DNA of 32,000 nucleotides, from contig CP002278.1 in assembly GCA_000166095.1 (NCBI GenBank), forward strand, positions 150,001 to 182,000, read 5' to 3'. The position numbers and the translations under genes were made by a program. Under the pieces are notes generated by a model. That model saw only the letters and a list, made by a program, of their open reading frames with translations, was not told the origin of the DNA and did no database searches. Shown piece after piece: positions 1 through 8,879 of the stretch (its first letter is position 1; each line of letters starts with the position of its first letter). Source of the stretch: Methanothermus fervidus DSM 2088 (GTDB lineage Archaea > Methanobacteriota > Methanobacteria > DSM-2088 > Methanothermaceae).

Positions 1-2
1 CA

Positions 3-374
3 AAAATACCATTACCAATATTAGATGTCAATGATAGGAGAGAAATAGGAAAAATAACTTACGCTGATGTTTGGAATGGTGTGGATAAAAGACCTAAATA
101 TAAAAAAGATAAATGTTTAAAGTGTAAAGAATGTAAAATTGAAAAAATCTGTCCTACAGATGCCTTTAAACCTAAAGAAGGTATAGACTTTAAAAAATGT
201 TTTGGCTGTTCAGTATGTGCACATCATTGTAAGGCCATTGAGATGAAAACTGGTGTTGTTGAATTTAATTCAGCTAAAATACCAGTTACATGTAGACAAT
301 CTGACATAAAGAGAGCAGAAAAATTGTCTTTAGAACTAAAAAAGAGGATAGAAAATGGAGAATTTTACTTATGA
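3..374 (+). CDS. 3'-terminal part of a 4Fe-4S ferredoxin-domain protein, probably methanogenesis marker 16 / COG1900-like (5' truncated by window edge)
   Basis: The frame is open from base 3 (KIPLPILDVNDREIGKITYADVWNGVDKRPKYKKDKCLKCKECKIEKICPTDAF...CFGCSVCAHHCKAIEM...VTCRQSDIKRAEKLSLELKKRI). It has two Cys clusters of 2[4Fe-4S] type. The family call comes from the C-terminal motif by recall. Confidence 0.7.
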   Translation, partial: KIPLPILDVNDRREIGKITYADVWNGVDKRPKYKKDKCLKCKECKIEKICPTDAFKPKEGIDFKKCFGCSVCAHHCKAIEMKTGVVEFNSAKIPVTCRQSDIKRAEKLSLELKKRIENGEFYL

Positions 375-1476
375 TCTTATAATTGCAAGATATGGTGAAA
401 TTGGTATAAAAAGTCCAAAAGTGCGAAAAAAATTTGAAAATAAATTGGTTCAAAATATCAAATCTTCTTTAAATGCAGATATCTATATTGAAGACGGTAG
501 AATATTTATTTATCCAAAAAATTTTAAAAAGGCTTTAAAATCTTTAAAAAGAATATTTGGAATCGTATCGTTTTCTCCAGCCATCAAAACATCTGCAGAA
601 TTCAATGAAATAAAAAATAAATTAGTAGATTATGTACGGAGATTAGGGATAAATAAAAAAATGTCATTTGCAATAAGACCACGTAGGGTAGGTAATCATG
701 AATTTACTAGTCAGGATCTAGCAGAATTTGCTGGAGATGTAGTAGTTAAAGAAACTGGTGCAAAGGTAGATTTAGACAATCCTGACATTGAAATTTTCAT
801 TGAAGTGAGACATGAGAACTCATATATATATCATGAAATTGTGGAAGGACCAGGTGGCTTGCCTGTTGGAACCCAAGGTAAAGTAATAGGGTTGTTATCA
901 GGAGGTATTGATTCTCCTGTGGCTTTATATCTTATGATGAAAAGAGGATGTTCTGTAACTGCATTACATTTTGATATACGACCTTTTACAATAGATGGAA
1001 ATATAAAAAAAGTTAAAAAAATTTCAGAAGTTTTAGAATCATACTCTAGTGGAGAATTCGAATTATTAATTCTAAAATATGGCGATGTCCTTAAAAAAAT
1101 TAAAAAAATTGCAGGAAAATCAACATGTATTGTATGTAGACATTTAATGTATAAAATTGCAGAAAAAATTGCAAAGAAGAAAAATGCACATGCAATTGTA
1201 GATGGAAGTAGTTTAGGCCAGGTTGCATCACAAACATTGCCAAACATACTTACAACACATTATGGAATTGAAATTCCAATTTTAAGTCCACTTATTGGTA
1301 TGGATAAAACTGAAATACGAAAGATAGCTGAAAAAATAGGGACATATGAAATATCTTGTGAAAGTCCCGACATATGTAAAGCAGTCCCTAAACATCCTGT
1401 AACTTACTCTACACCAAAAAAACTAACATCAATATTAGATAGAATGGATGTTGATGAAATCCTTAAAAAATATTAG
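355..1476 (+). CDS. thiI: tRNA 4-thiouridine sulfurtransferase ThiI (THUMP + PP-loop)
   Basis: N-terminal RYGEIGIKSPKVRKKFENKL, PP-loop LLSGGIDSPVALYLMMKRG, and C-terminal SCESPDICKAVPKHPVTYST are all typical of ThiI. Confidence 0.93.
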   Translation: MENFTYDLIIARYGEIGIKSPKVRKKFENKLVQNIKSSLNADIYIEDGRIFIYPKNFKKALKSLKRIFGIVSFSPAIKTSAEFNEIKNKLVDYVRRLGINKKMSFAIRPRRVGNHEFTSQDLAEFAGDVVVKETGAKVDLDNPDIEIFIEVRHENSYIYHEIVEGPGGLPVGTQGKVIGLLSGGIDSPVALYLMMKRGCSVTALHFDIRPFTIDGNIKKVKKISEVLESYSSGEFELLILKYGDVLKKIKKIAGKSTCIVCRHLMYKIAEKIAKKKNAHAIVDGSSLGQVASQTLPNILTTHYGIEIPILSPLIGMDKTEIRKIAEKIGTYEISCESPDICKAVPKHPVTYSTPKKLTSILDRMDVDEILKKY

Positions 1477-1486
1477 CGGTGATAAA

Positions 1487-1675
1487 ATGAAAGGAGCTAT
1501 TGGTTTAGTGTTTTATTCACATGTTATACCATTTATATTAGGATTAATAGGTATATTATTAATGTGTACAGGAGTTATGGATGATAAGCCGATGTACACT
1601 TCTTTAGGATTAATTATATTTTTTGTGGGTGGATTACTGCCATTTATAATTTTACCAATAATTCTAGGTCTCTAA
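1487..1675 (+). CDS. small hypothetical membrane protein (about 62 aa, two predicted TM segments)
   Basis: The track ORF begins at 1448. The better start is ATG 1487, preceded by GGTGAT. Protein: MKGAIGLVFYSHVIPFILGLIGILLMCTGVMDDKPMYTSLGLIIFFVGGLLPFIILPIILGL. Confidence 0.6.
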   Translation: MKGAIGLVFYSHVIPFILGLIGILLMCTGVMDDKPMYTSLGLIIFFVGGLLPFIILPIILGL

Positions 1676-2364
1676 ATATAAAGCGGAAATTCACCTTTAT
1701 GTAATGCTGTGCCTACTAATATTTTTTTTATTCCGAAATTTTTTATTTTTGGAACATCTTTGAGTGTTATACCTCCTCCTAAAATCAATTTATCCTTTAA
1801 ATCTTTAAATATTTCTATAATATTTTCATTAATACCCTTCTCTGTACCTACTCTACTAATATCTAACAATATTATTTCGGAAGATATACCAAGATCTAAA
1901 AGCTTATCTCTAAAATCAATCAGGGAAATATCTAAATTTTTTGAATATAATTTATCATCCTTAATGTCTACACTAACAACAATTCTACTTGTAGGGAATT
2001 TTGAAACAATTTTTTCTAGTTCTTCAAAACTTTCTAAAGTTTCTGTAGCTACTATCACTTGCCTTGAAAAATTTAAAAGAAATTTAAATGTTTTAAAATC
2101 GTTGACACCAAAATCAAGCATTGTTGGAATAATATAATTTATCTTCTTTGCAATCTCTAGATTATTGCCAGTTCTCTCTATTCCATTTAAATCTGCAATA
2201 TATATTCGTCTAGCTCCCTGTCTTCTTAATGATAATGCAATCTCTATAGGATCCGGCGATCTTGAATAAATGGTTTTTAATGGAGTATATGTTTCTCTTT
2301 TTCCAGATTTGCCAGCTACTGCAATTCCATCTTTAATATCTAAGACAGGTATTACTTCTATCAT
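1672..2364 (-). CDS. HisA/HisF-related (beta/alpha)8 barrel protein (archaeal HisAF_rel type)
   Basis: MIEVIPVLDIKDGIAVAGKSG...ILLDISRVGTEKG...LILGGGITLKDVPKIKNFGIKKILVGTALHKG resembles HisA but is divergent. Confidence 0.8.
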   Translation of the reverse strand: MIEVIPVLDIKDGIAVAGKSGKRETYTPLKTIYSRSPDPIEIALSLRRQGARRIYIADLNGIERTGNNLEIAKKINYIIPTMLDFGVNDFKTFKFLLNFSRQVIVATETLESFEELEKIVSKFPTSRIVVSVDIKDDKLYSKNLDISLIDFRDKLLDLGISSEIILLDISRVGTEKGINENIIEIFKDLKDKLILGGGITLKDVPKIKNFGIKKILVGTALHKGEFPLYI

Positions 2365-2702
2365 TTTTGAACCAATATGAGCTTTCCAGTTCTAGGATCT
2401 TTGTATACTGTACCCAGTTCAGCATATCCCTGTCCACTACCTTTAGATACCTCAGGAGTCTGATTCAGCTCTTTTCCCTGTTTAACTTCAATACTTTTCT
2501 TTACAGCTTCCATTAATTCTCTTTTTTCTTGTAGACTCATTTTTGCAAAAACAAGGCTTTGCATGTTCCATGCCATGATGAAGAATACAGCGAATGCCAT
2601 TGCAAGCACAAACATGCAATCAACAAAATTTATTGCTCCACTAAGTGGATCTTCTTCATGGTGATAATCGCTCAATCTCCTTCTCCCTCTCCTCCTCAAC
2701 AT
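2361..2702 (-). CDS. DUF2149-like single-TM membrane protein (possible ExbD-position partner)
   Basis: MLRRRGRRRLSDYHHEEDPLSGAINFVDCMFVLAMAFAVFFIMAW: arginine-rich N-terminus, 'EEDPLSG' and one TM. It shares ATGA with the downstream HisA-like gene and sits next to an ExbB-like gene. Confidence 0.75.
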   Translation of the reverse strand: MLRRRGRRRLSDYHHEEDPLSGAINFVDCMFVLAMAFAVFFIMAWNMQSLVFAKMSLQEKRELMEAVKKSIEVKQGKELNQTPEVSKGSGQGYAELGTVYKDPRTGKLILVQK

Positions 2703-3339
2703 TCTCCATCACCTCCAATATAGCCTCAGCCAGAGTTTCCAAGTTAACCAGATATTCCTCAAACCATCTTTTCCTAACCTTTGATACAAAGAAAGAGATT
2801 GCACTTGAAGCAAGTCCAAGTATTGCTGCATCAAAAGCAACTAAGAAGTGATTTGCTAGCTGAGTTATGTCTCCGGCTCCCAAAGCAACTAATCCAGGAC
2901 CTATTGGAATTAAAGTTCCGAGGAGTCCTACCTGTGGACCAAGCCTTGTTATTGAATCTGTTATTTCAACAGATTTCATGGCTTTCAGTTCTTCTCCTTC
3001 AACATATCTCCTTGCAAGTGCTTCTCTTGTCCTTGAATCTAAGTCCTCTGTGTTTGCAATATCTGTTAATATTTCTTTTTGCCTCTCTGGGAGCTTTGAA
3101 TTATTTATTATCTCTATTATCTCCTTTGGATCCCCTGGATTTGAGATGTTGTATATGGCTTCCTTTATTTCATCTACATCAACTCTAACCCTTCCAACAT
3201 ATTCAGCAATCAATCCTCCAAGTGCAACTACACTATAAGCAACAAATGCCAGCAATGTTACTATTGCTGGGATTAGGAGGCTTTGTGAAACTACATGCAT
3301 AATTCCTTGGAGTGCTTCTGATCCTGGGACTGCTGGCAA
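2656..3339 (-). CDS. TolQ/ExbB/MotA-family proton channel-like protein
   Basis: SITRLGPQVGLLGTLIPIGPGLVALGAGD is the classic MotA/TolQ/ExbB motif, followed by FDAAILGLASSAISFFVSKVRKRWFEEYL. Putative TTG start with GGTGAT upstream. Confidence 0.87.
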   Translation of the reverse strand: MPAVPGSEALQGIMHVVSQSLLIPAIVTLLAFVAYSVVALGGLIAEYVGRVRVDVDEIKEAIYNISNPGDPKEIIEIINNSKLPERQKEILTDIANTEDLDSRTREALARRYVEGEELKAMKSVEITDSITRLGPQVGLLGTLIPIGPGLVALGAGDITQLANHFLVAFDAAILGLASSAISFFVSKVRKRWFEEYLVNLETLAEAILEVMENVEEEREKEIERLSP

Positions 3340-3343
3340 TTTA

Positions 3344-4054
3344 TCACCTCACAAAAACGCTTTTTTTCTTGTAATAATACCCTCCCACTATTAGTAGGGC
3401 AAAGAGTGCTAATGCAGTACTTAATAAAATATGTGGTGCAGGAACATTTACTGGAGAGAATTTACTACTTGCTAAGGCACTAATATTCGGAATCAAAATA
3501 GTTGCAATCAAGAAATAAAGTCCAACAAATAACATAAAATTCCCTAAGATTATGGGATATGGTTTATTCAAAGCATCTACAATTACTTTTGAAAACAAAT
3601 AAAACACTGCTATAAACACGGATAAAAGTATTGCAGAATACTTTCCTAATAGTAAAGATGAAACACCCACCATTGGAGCTGCTAATATTATTGCAGCTAA
3701 TACTGCACCAAAACAACATGGACATGGTGCTACCATTGCTAAACATGTCATCTGCGCGGTATTTTTCTTTTTCTGTTTCCATTCATGTAATGTATGAATG
3801 CCTGCTGCTATTAAAATTGCGGCCATCAGAAGAGTTATATAAACTATGTATTTGTTAAGTGTTGGGTATATGTTCCCTATTGCTTTCCCTAGAATCCAAA
3901 TTAATAAATAAAGACCTACTCCATAACCAATTATTATACCTGCTGCATATCGACGTCTTAACCCAGCAAATCCTATTGCTAACCCTATTTTTGCACCAAA
4001 TATTAAAAGAACAGATATAATTCCTAACTCCCATGCTATAGTAATAATATTCAT
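3344..4054 (-). CDS. polytopic membrane protein, DUF2162-like putative transporter
   Basis: About 7 hydrophobic segments with the Cys motif MVAPCPCCFGAVLAA. The track start is 4069, but ATG 4054 is preceded by GGAGG at suitable spacing. Family assignment is by recall. Confidence 0.7.
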   Translation of the reverse strand: MNIITIAWELGIISVLLIFGAKIGLAIGFAGLRRRYAAGIIIGYGVGLYLLIWILGKAIGNIYPTLNKYIVYITLLMAAILIAAGIHTLHEWKQKKKNTAQMTCLAMVAPCPCCFGAVLAAIILAAPMVGVSSLLLGKYSAILLSVFIAVFYLFSKVIVDALNKPYPIILGNFMLFVGLYFLIATILIPNISALASSKFSPVNVPAPHILLSTALALFALLIVGGYYYKKKSVFVR

Positions 4055-4125
4055 AAAGATATCCTCCAAAATAGTAATAATCTAGTAATCTATATTATTT
4101 TTCTTTATTTCTTTACTTTATATTA

Positions 4126-4136
4126 ACTTTATATAT
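4126..4136 (-). promoter_or_regulatory. putative archaeal TATA box for the DUF2162/ExbB/DUF2149/HisA-like operon
   Basis: The minus strand reads ATATATAAAGT about 70 nt upstream of the 4054 start, inside an AT-rich non-coding gap. Confidence 0.45.
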
Positions 4137-4194
4137 TTTTTAACTTTAACTTTAAGTCCATTTTCAATCTAGTAAAAATAATAAACAAAAAAAT

Positions 4195-4593
4195 CTAGGG
4201 AGCGCCGCCTGCTCCTCCAAGGTTTTTACCTGTTTTTACATCTATGTATATTTCACCAACTTGTTTTCCATTTTTGATCACTGGAACAACATAAACTGGT
4301 TTTCCATCAATGTAAACAATTTTTGGAGATCCTGGGGATGCTCCAGGTTCCTCTATGTATTTACTTGCTATATTTTTTGCATCTTCTGTTGATACATGAG
4401 TTTTATTAGCGTTAGTATCTTTTGATGTTGTATTTTGAATTTTTTCTGTTTTTGTAATATTATTTTGACTCATACTATTTTTTGCTACAGCCACTTGTGA
4501 TTTATGTCCCTGTAGGAAATATCCTGCACCAATTGCGCCAACTACAAATATGCAAAGAATAAAAATTAACGCTTTAGAGCGCATGTTTTTCAC
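4195..4593 (-). CDS. secreted or membrane-anchored protein with a PepSY-like C-terminal domain
   Basis: One N-terminal TM (ALIFILCIFVVGAIGAGYFLQG), a Ser/Thr/Asn-rich linker, then DAKNIASKYIEEPG...PVYVVPVIKNGKQVGEIYIDVKTGKNLGGAGG. Confidence 0.55.
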   Translation of the reverse strand: MKNMRSKALIFILCIFVVGAIGAGYFLQGHKSQVAVAKNSMSQNNITKTEKIQNTTSKDTNANKTHVSTEDAKNIASKYIEEPGASPGSPKIVYIDGKPVYVVPVIKNGKQVGEIYIDVKTGKNLGGAGGAP

Positions 4594-4617
4594 CCCTTTC
4601 CTTTTTTACTAAAAGTT

Positions 4618-5850
4618 CTATATATATTTATCGCTCCTTTTTCTAGCTTCTTCAAGAACTTTAATTGCAGGGAGCTCTTCGCCAGAAAGAAATGCTATAC
4701 AAGCCCCGCCTCCACTACTAATATGATTTATTTTATTTGAAATACCCATTTTTTCTGCAGCCGCTGCTAAATGACCTCCTGCTATAACTGAAAATGCGTT
4801 GGATGATGCTATTGCATTTAACAAATCTTCAGTTCCTATACTAAATTGTTGTTCTTCGAAAACACCCGCTGGTCCATTAGCAAAAATTGTTTTTGCCTCT
4901 CTTATTTTTTCTGCATATATTTTTATAGTTTCCATGCCTATATCATATATTGGAAAGTTAGGAATATCATCAATAGGTACATCAATTCTCTTTCCATTTT
5001 TATTTATGGCAACATCAACAGGGGTAAGTATCTTCTCCCCATATTTATCTTTAAGTTTTTTTGCCATTTTTATAAATTTTTTATAATTTTTTCTATACAA
5101 TATTTTTCTGTTCTTTTCTTTAATATCTATCCCAGAAGCCTCTAAAAATACATTTGCCACCAAACCAGATGTTAGAATATAATCAGCAGAACCATTTTTT
5201 AAAATATTTTTCATTATCATTATTGAATCATCAATTTTAACACCTCCAAGAATATAAACACATGGCTTTTCAACGTTTTTAATTATTTTATACAATGTTT
5301 TAACTTCTCTTTCCATTAATCTTCCTGCAGCAGAAGGTAGTTTAAGCGGAAATCCAACTAATGATGGTTGTGATCTATGAGCAGCTGCAAAAGCATCATT
5401 TATATAATAATCAACAACACTTGATAATTTTCTTACAAGGTGTGTTTCTGCCTGAACTTTGGGATCTCTTTTTAAAACTTCTTCTGAATAAAAACGTACA
5501 TTTTCTAAAAGGATGATATCTCCATTTTCCATATTTCTTATTGATTCTCGTGCAGCACAACCAAATATATCCTCAACATATGTAACAGGCATATCTAATA
5601 TATTGGATAATACTTTACTATGCTCTTCCATTGTTGTGAAATCTCTTTTTCCTGGCCTACTTTGATGTGCTAAAATAGCTACCTTTGCATTTTCATCTAC
5701 TAGTTCTTTGAGTGTTTTTGAATGTAGTCTCATTCTCGTATCATCAAGTATACGTCCAGTATGAGGATCTACTGGAGAATTAATGTCTACTCTTACAAGC
5801 ACTCTGCTCCCAGAATAATCAAAATCATCCATCGTATAGAATTTGAACAA
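4618..5850 (-). CDS. pgk: phosphoglycerate kinase
   Basis: VLVRVDINSPVD, LAHQSRPGKRDFT, IILLENVRFYSEE and IFANGPAGVFE motifs. An alternative start (MDDFDY) is at 5832. Confidence 0.95.
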   Translation of the reverse strand: MFKFYTMDDFDYSGSRVLVRVDINSPVDPHTGRILDDTRMRLHSKTLKELVDENAKVAILAHQSRPGKRDFTTMEEHSKVLSNILDMPVTYVEDIFGCAARESIRNMENGDIILLENVRFYSEEVLKRDPKVQAETHLVRKLSSVVDYYINDAFAAAHRSQPSLVGFPLKLPSAAGRLMEREVKTLYKIIKNVEKPCVYILGGVKIDDSIMIMKNILKNGSADYILTSGLVANVFLEASGIDIKEKNRKILYRKNYKKFIKMAKKLKDKYGEKILTPVDVAINKNGKRIDVPIDDIPNFPIYDIGMETIKIYAEKIREAKTIFANGPAGVFEEQQFSIGTEDLLNAIASSNAFSVIAGGHLAAAAEKMGISNKINHISSGGGACIAFLSGEELPAIKVLEEARKRSDKYI

Positions 5851-5862
5851 AAATACATCCTC

Positions 5863-6564
<702 letters not shown>

Positions 6565-6629
6565 TTAAATAGATTCAATTCAATTATTTATTTTTTTTCA
6601 GTATAAAAATAAAGAATTTAAAAAAACTT

Positions 6630-6636
6630 ATATACA
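6630..6636 (+). promoter_or_regulatory. putative TATA box upstream of tRNA-Glu
   Basis: ATATATC-like element (aaaacttatatacattt) about 35-40 nt before the tRNA 5' end in an AT-rich gap. Confidence 0.5.
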
Positions 6637-6669
6637 TTTTTTAAATAATAATAATAGTGATGTCAATAA

Positions 6670-6744
6670 GCTCCGGTGGTGTAGTCCGGCCAAGCATCTC
6701 AGCCTCTCGAGCTGAGGACCCGGGTTCAAATCCCGGCCGGAGCA
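6670..6744 (+). tRNA. tRNA-Glu (anticodon CTC), no intron, CCA not encoded
   Basis: Acceptor GCTCCGG/CCGGAGC with discriminator A. Anticodon arm TCAGC-CTCTCGA-GCTGA. T arm CCGGG-TTCAAAT-CCCGG. Confidence 0.95.
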
Positions 6745-6750
6745 TTAAAT

Positions 6751-7380
6751 CTATTCAGAGTAATTTATCACAACAACGCACATATATGAAAATTTCCTTT
6801 CTGCAGCCTCTTTTAATGATATTTTCGTAATTTTTTCATCTGGATAGCTAAGACGCTCACATATTATTATCTCTTTATCCCCACTAATTCCATTATTCAA
6901 CAAAAATTTGGCTAAATCATTTACGTCTTTAGAGGGCAAAACCATGATTGGTTTGTCATCGTTTAAAAATTTAAGAAGCTTTTTATAATCTTTTCTTCCA
7001 TGAAGAGTTAATAGATTTACATTATCCCATGGCATTTTGAGTTTAGCAGCGCATAACTGTATAGAACTTATACCAGGAATAACTTCCAGTTCTACATTTT
7101 TATATTTAGACAATAATTTTTTAACAGGCTTTAAAACTCCTGAAAATCCAGGATCTCCAGTTGATAATATACAGACGTCATTATTACGAGCTAGTTTTAC
7201 AGAATATTCCAACATTTTATTCATGTTTTTGGCATTTAATACAATTTTTCTTGTTGCCTGTGGAAACAAATCTAATGCTCTTTTACTACCAACTAATATA
7301 TCAACCGTATTTGCAATTTCTTCAGCTATAGGTGTTAAAAAATCTTTTGAACCTGGGCCAATTCCTACAATATAAAGCAT
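6751..7380 (-). CDS. cbiE: cobalt-precorrin-7 (C5)-methyltransferase CbiE (precorrin-6Y methylase family)
   Basis: MLYIVGIGPGSKDFLTPIAEEIANTVDILVGSKRALDLF...LSTGDPGFSGVLKPVKKLL...VIPGISSIQLCAAKLKMPWDNVNLLTLHGR. The track ORF begins at 7428; ATG 7380 matches the family N-terminus. Confidence 0.88.
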   Translation of the reverse strand: MLYIVGIGPGSKDFLTPIAEEIANTVDILVGSKRALDLFPQATRKIVLNAKNMNKMLEYSVKLARNNDVCILSTGDPGFSGVLKPVKKLLSKYKNVELEVIPGISSIQLCAAKLKMPWDNVNLLTLHGRKDYKKLLKFLNDDKPIMVLPSKDVNDLAKFLLNNGISGDKEIIICERLSYPDEKITKISLKEAAERKFSYMCVVVINYSE

Positions 7381-7483
7381 TTTTATCCCCAACAAAATTT
7401 TTAATGTTATATTTTTATCTTCAAACACAAAATTTTTTGAATATTGAAATTATTTTACTTAAACTTTTTCAGGAGGTCAAAAA

Positions 7484-8674
7484 ATGATACAAATAGCTGT
7501 AACAGGGAAACCTAATGTAGGAAAATCTACATTTTTCAGTGCAGCTACATTGTCAGATGTAGAAGTGGCTTCATACCCATTTACAACAATTGATCCAAAT
7601 CGTGCTGTGGCATATGTAACTACACAATGCCCATGCAAGGAATTAGGTTTAAAATGTAATCCGAGAAATTCTAAATGCAAAAATGGTATTAGATACATAC
7701 CTATCGAATTGATCGATGTTGCAGGCTTAGTTCCTGGAGCATATAAAGGACGCGGGCTAGGTAACAAATTTTTAGATGACCTTAGACAAGCAGACATGTT
7801 TATACATATAGTGGATGCATCTGGATCTACAGATGAAGAAGGTAAAATTGTAGAACCAGGTACTCAAGATCCTCTCGAAGATATAAAATTTCTTGAAAAA
7901 GAAATATTGATGTGGGTTTATGGAATTATAGGTAAAAATTGGAATAAACTTGTTAGGAAAATTTTGTTGGAGAATTTAAAATTTGAAGAAGTTGTGTATG
8001 ATCAACTTTCTGGCATTGGAGTATCTATTGAAGGCATTGTTAAAGCCAAAAATATGGTAGGCTCAAGATTTGATAAGTGGGGAAAAGAAGAACTTTTAAA
8101 GTTTTTAAAATATTTGATAAACATTTGTAAACCAATGTTAATTGTTGCCAACAAGATAGATATCCCAACCGCAGAAAAAAACATAAAAAAAATTAAAAAT
8201 AAATATTCAAGAGTAGTGCCTGCCTCAGCAGAAGCAGAATTAGCACTTAGAAAAGCAGCTAAAGCAGGACTTATAAAATATACACCGGGAAGTTCCAATT
8301 TTAAAATAATAAATAAAGATAAACTCAATAAAAAACAAATTTCAGCACTTAACTATATCAAAAAGAATATATTAGAAAAATATGGAAGTACAGGTGTACA
8401 AAAGGCTTTGAATAAAGCTGTATTTGAAATTCTTAAGATGATAGTTGTTTATCCTGTAGAAAATGAAAATAAAATGAGTGATTCACAAGGAAATGTATTA
8501 CCAGATGCAATTTTGCTTCCAAAAGGATCTACACCAGTTGATTTGGCTTATAAAATACATGAAGAAATTGGAGAAAATTTTCGTTTTGCTATCGATGCTA
8601 GAAAGGGAATAAAAATTTCAAATGATTACAAATTAAAAAACGGCGATATAATAAAAATAGTACATACTGCCTAA
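7484..8674 (+). CDS. ychF: YchF/OLA1-family GTP-binding protein (Obg-related, with C-terminal TGS domain)
   Basis: P-loop [43 protein letters not shown], and a TGS-like C-terminus ([39 protein letters not shown]). AGGAGG SD upstream. Confidence 0.9.
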   Translation: MIQIAVTGKPNVGKSTFFSAATLSDVEVASYPFTTIDPNRAVAYVTTQCPCKELGLKCNPRNSKCKNGIRYIPIELIDVAGLVPGAYKGRGLGNKFLDDLRQADMFIHIVDASGSTDEEGKIVEPGTQDPLEDIKFLEKEILMWVYGIIGKNWNKLVRKILLENLKFEEVVYDQLSGIGVSIEGIVKAKNMVGSRFDKWGKEELLKFLKYLINICKPMLIVANKIDIPTAEKNIKKIKNKYSRVVPASAEAELALRKAAKAGLIKYTPGSSNFKIINKDKLNKKQISALNYIKKNILEKYGSTGVQKALNKAVFEILKMIVVYPVENENKMSDSQGNVLPDAILLPKGSTPVDLAYKIHEEIGENFRFAIDARKGIKISNDYKLKNGDIIKIVHTA

Positions 8675-8699
8675 CACCAAAAATTGAAAAGAGGGTCAG

Positions 8700-8773
8700 T
8701 GCCCTGACCGGGATTTGAACCCGGGTAACGGGATCCGCAGTCCCGCGTGATATCCAGGCTACACTATCAGGGC
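8700..8773 (-). tRNA. tRNA-Arg (anticodon GCG), no intron
   Basis: Minus strand: GCCCTGA...TCAGGGC acceptor, anticodon arm CGGGA-CTGCGGA-TCCCG, T arm CCGGG-TTCAAAT-CCCGG, discriminator A. Confidence 0.93.
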
Positions 8774-8879
8774 ACTATGAATTTTTTAATTTTTAGGTCA
8801 TGAAAAGAAGATATTCACCAATTACCATTACATTTCTTATGTTCCAATGTAATATAAATTTTACTTCTTTTTTGGAGAA

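Noticed and set aside
7477-7797. 106-aa minus-strand ORF over the 5' end of the YchF gene
   Set aside because: It is antisense to the P-loop region of the GTPase, and its translation has no motifs.
6670-8773. Possible integrated element between the two tRNA genes (tRNA-Glu and tRNA-Arg)
   Set aside because: The intervening genes are cbiE and ychF housekeeping genes. I saw no integrase, no duplicated tRNA 3' end and no composition change.
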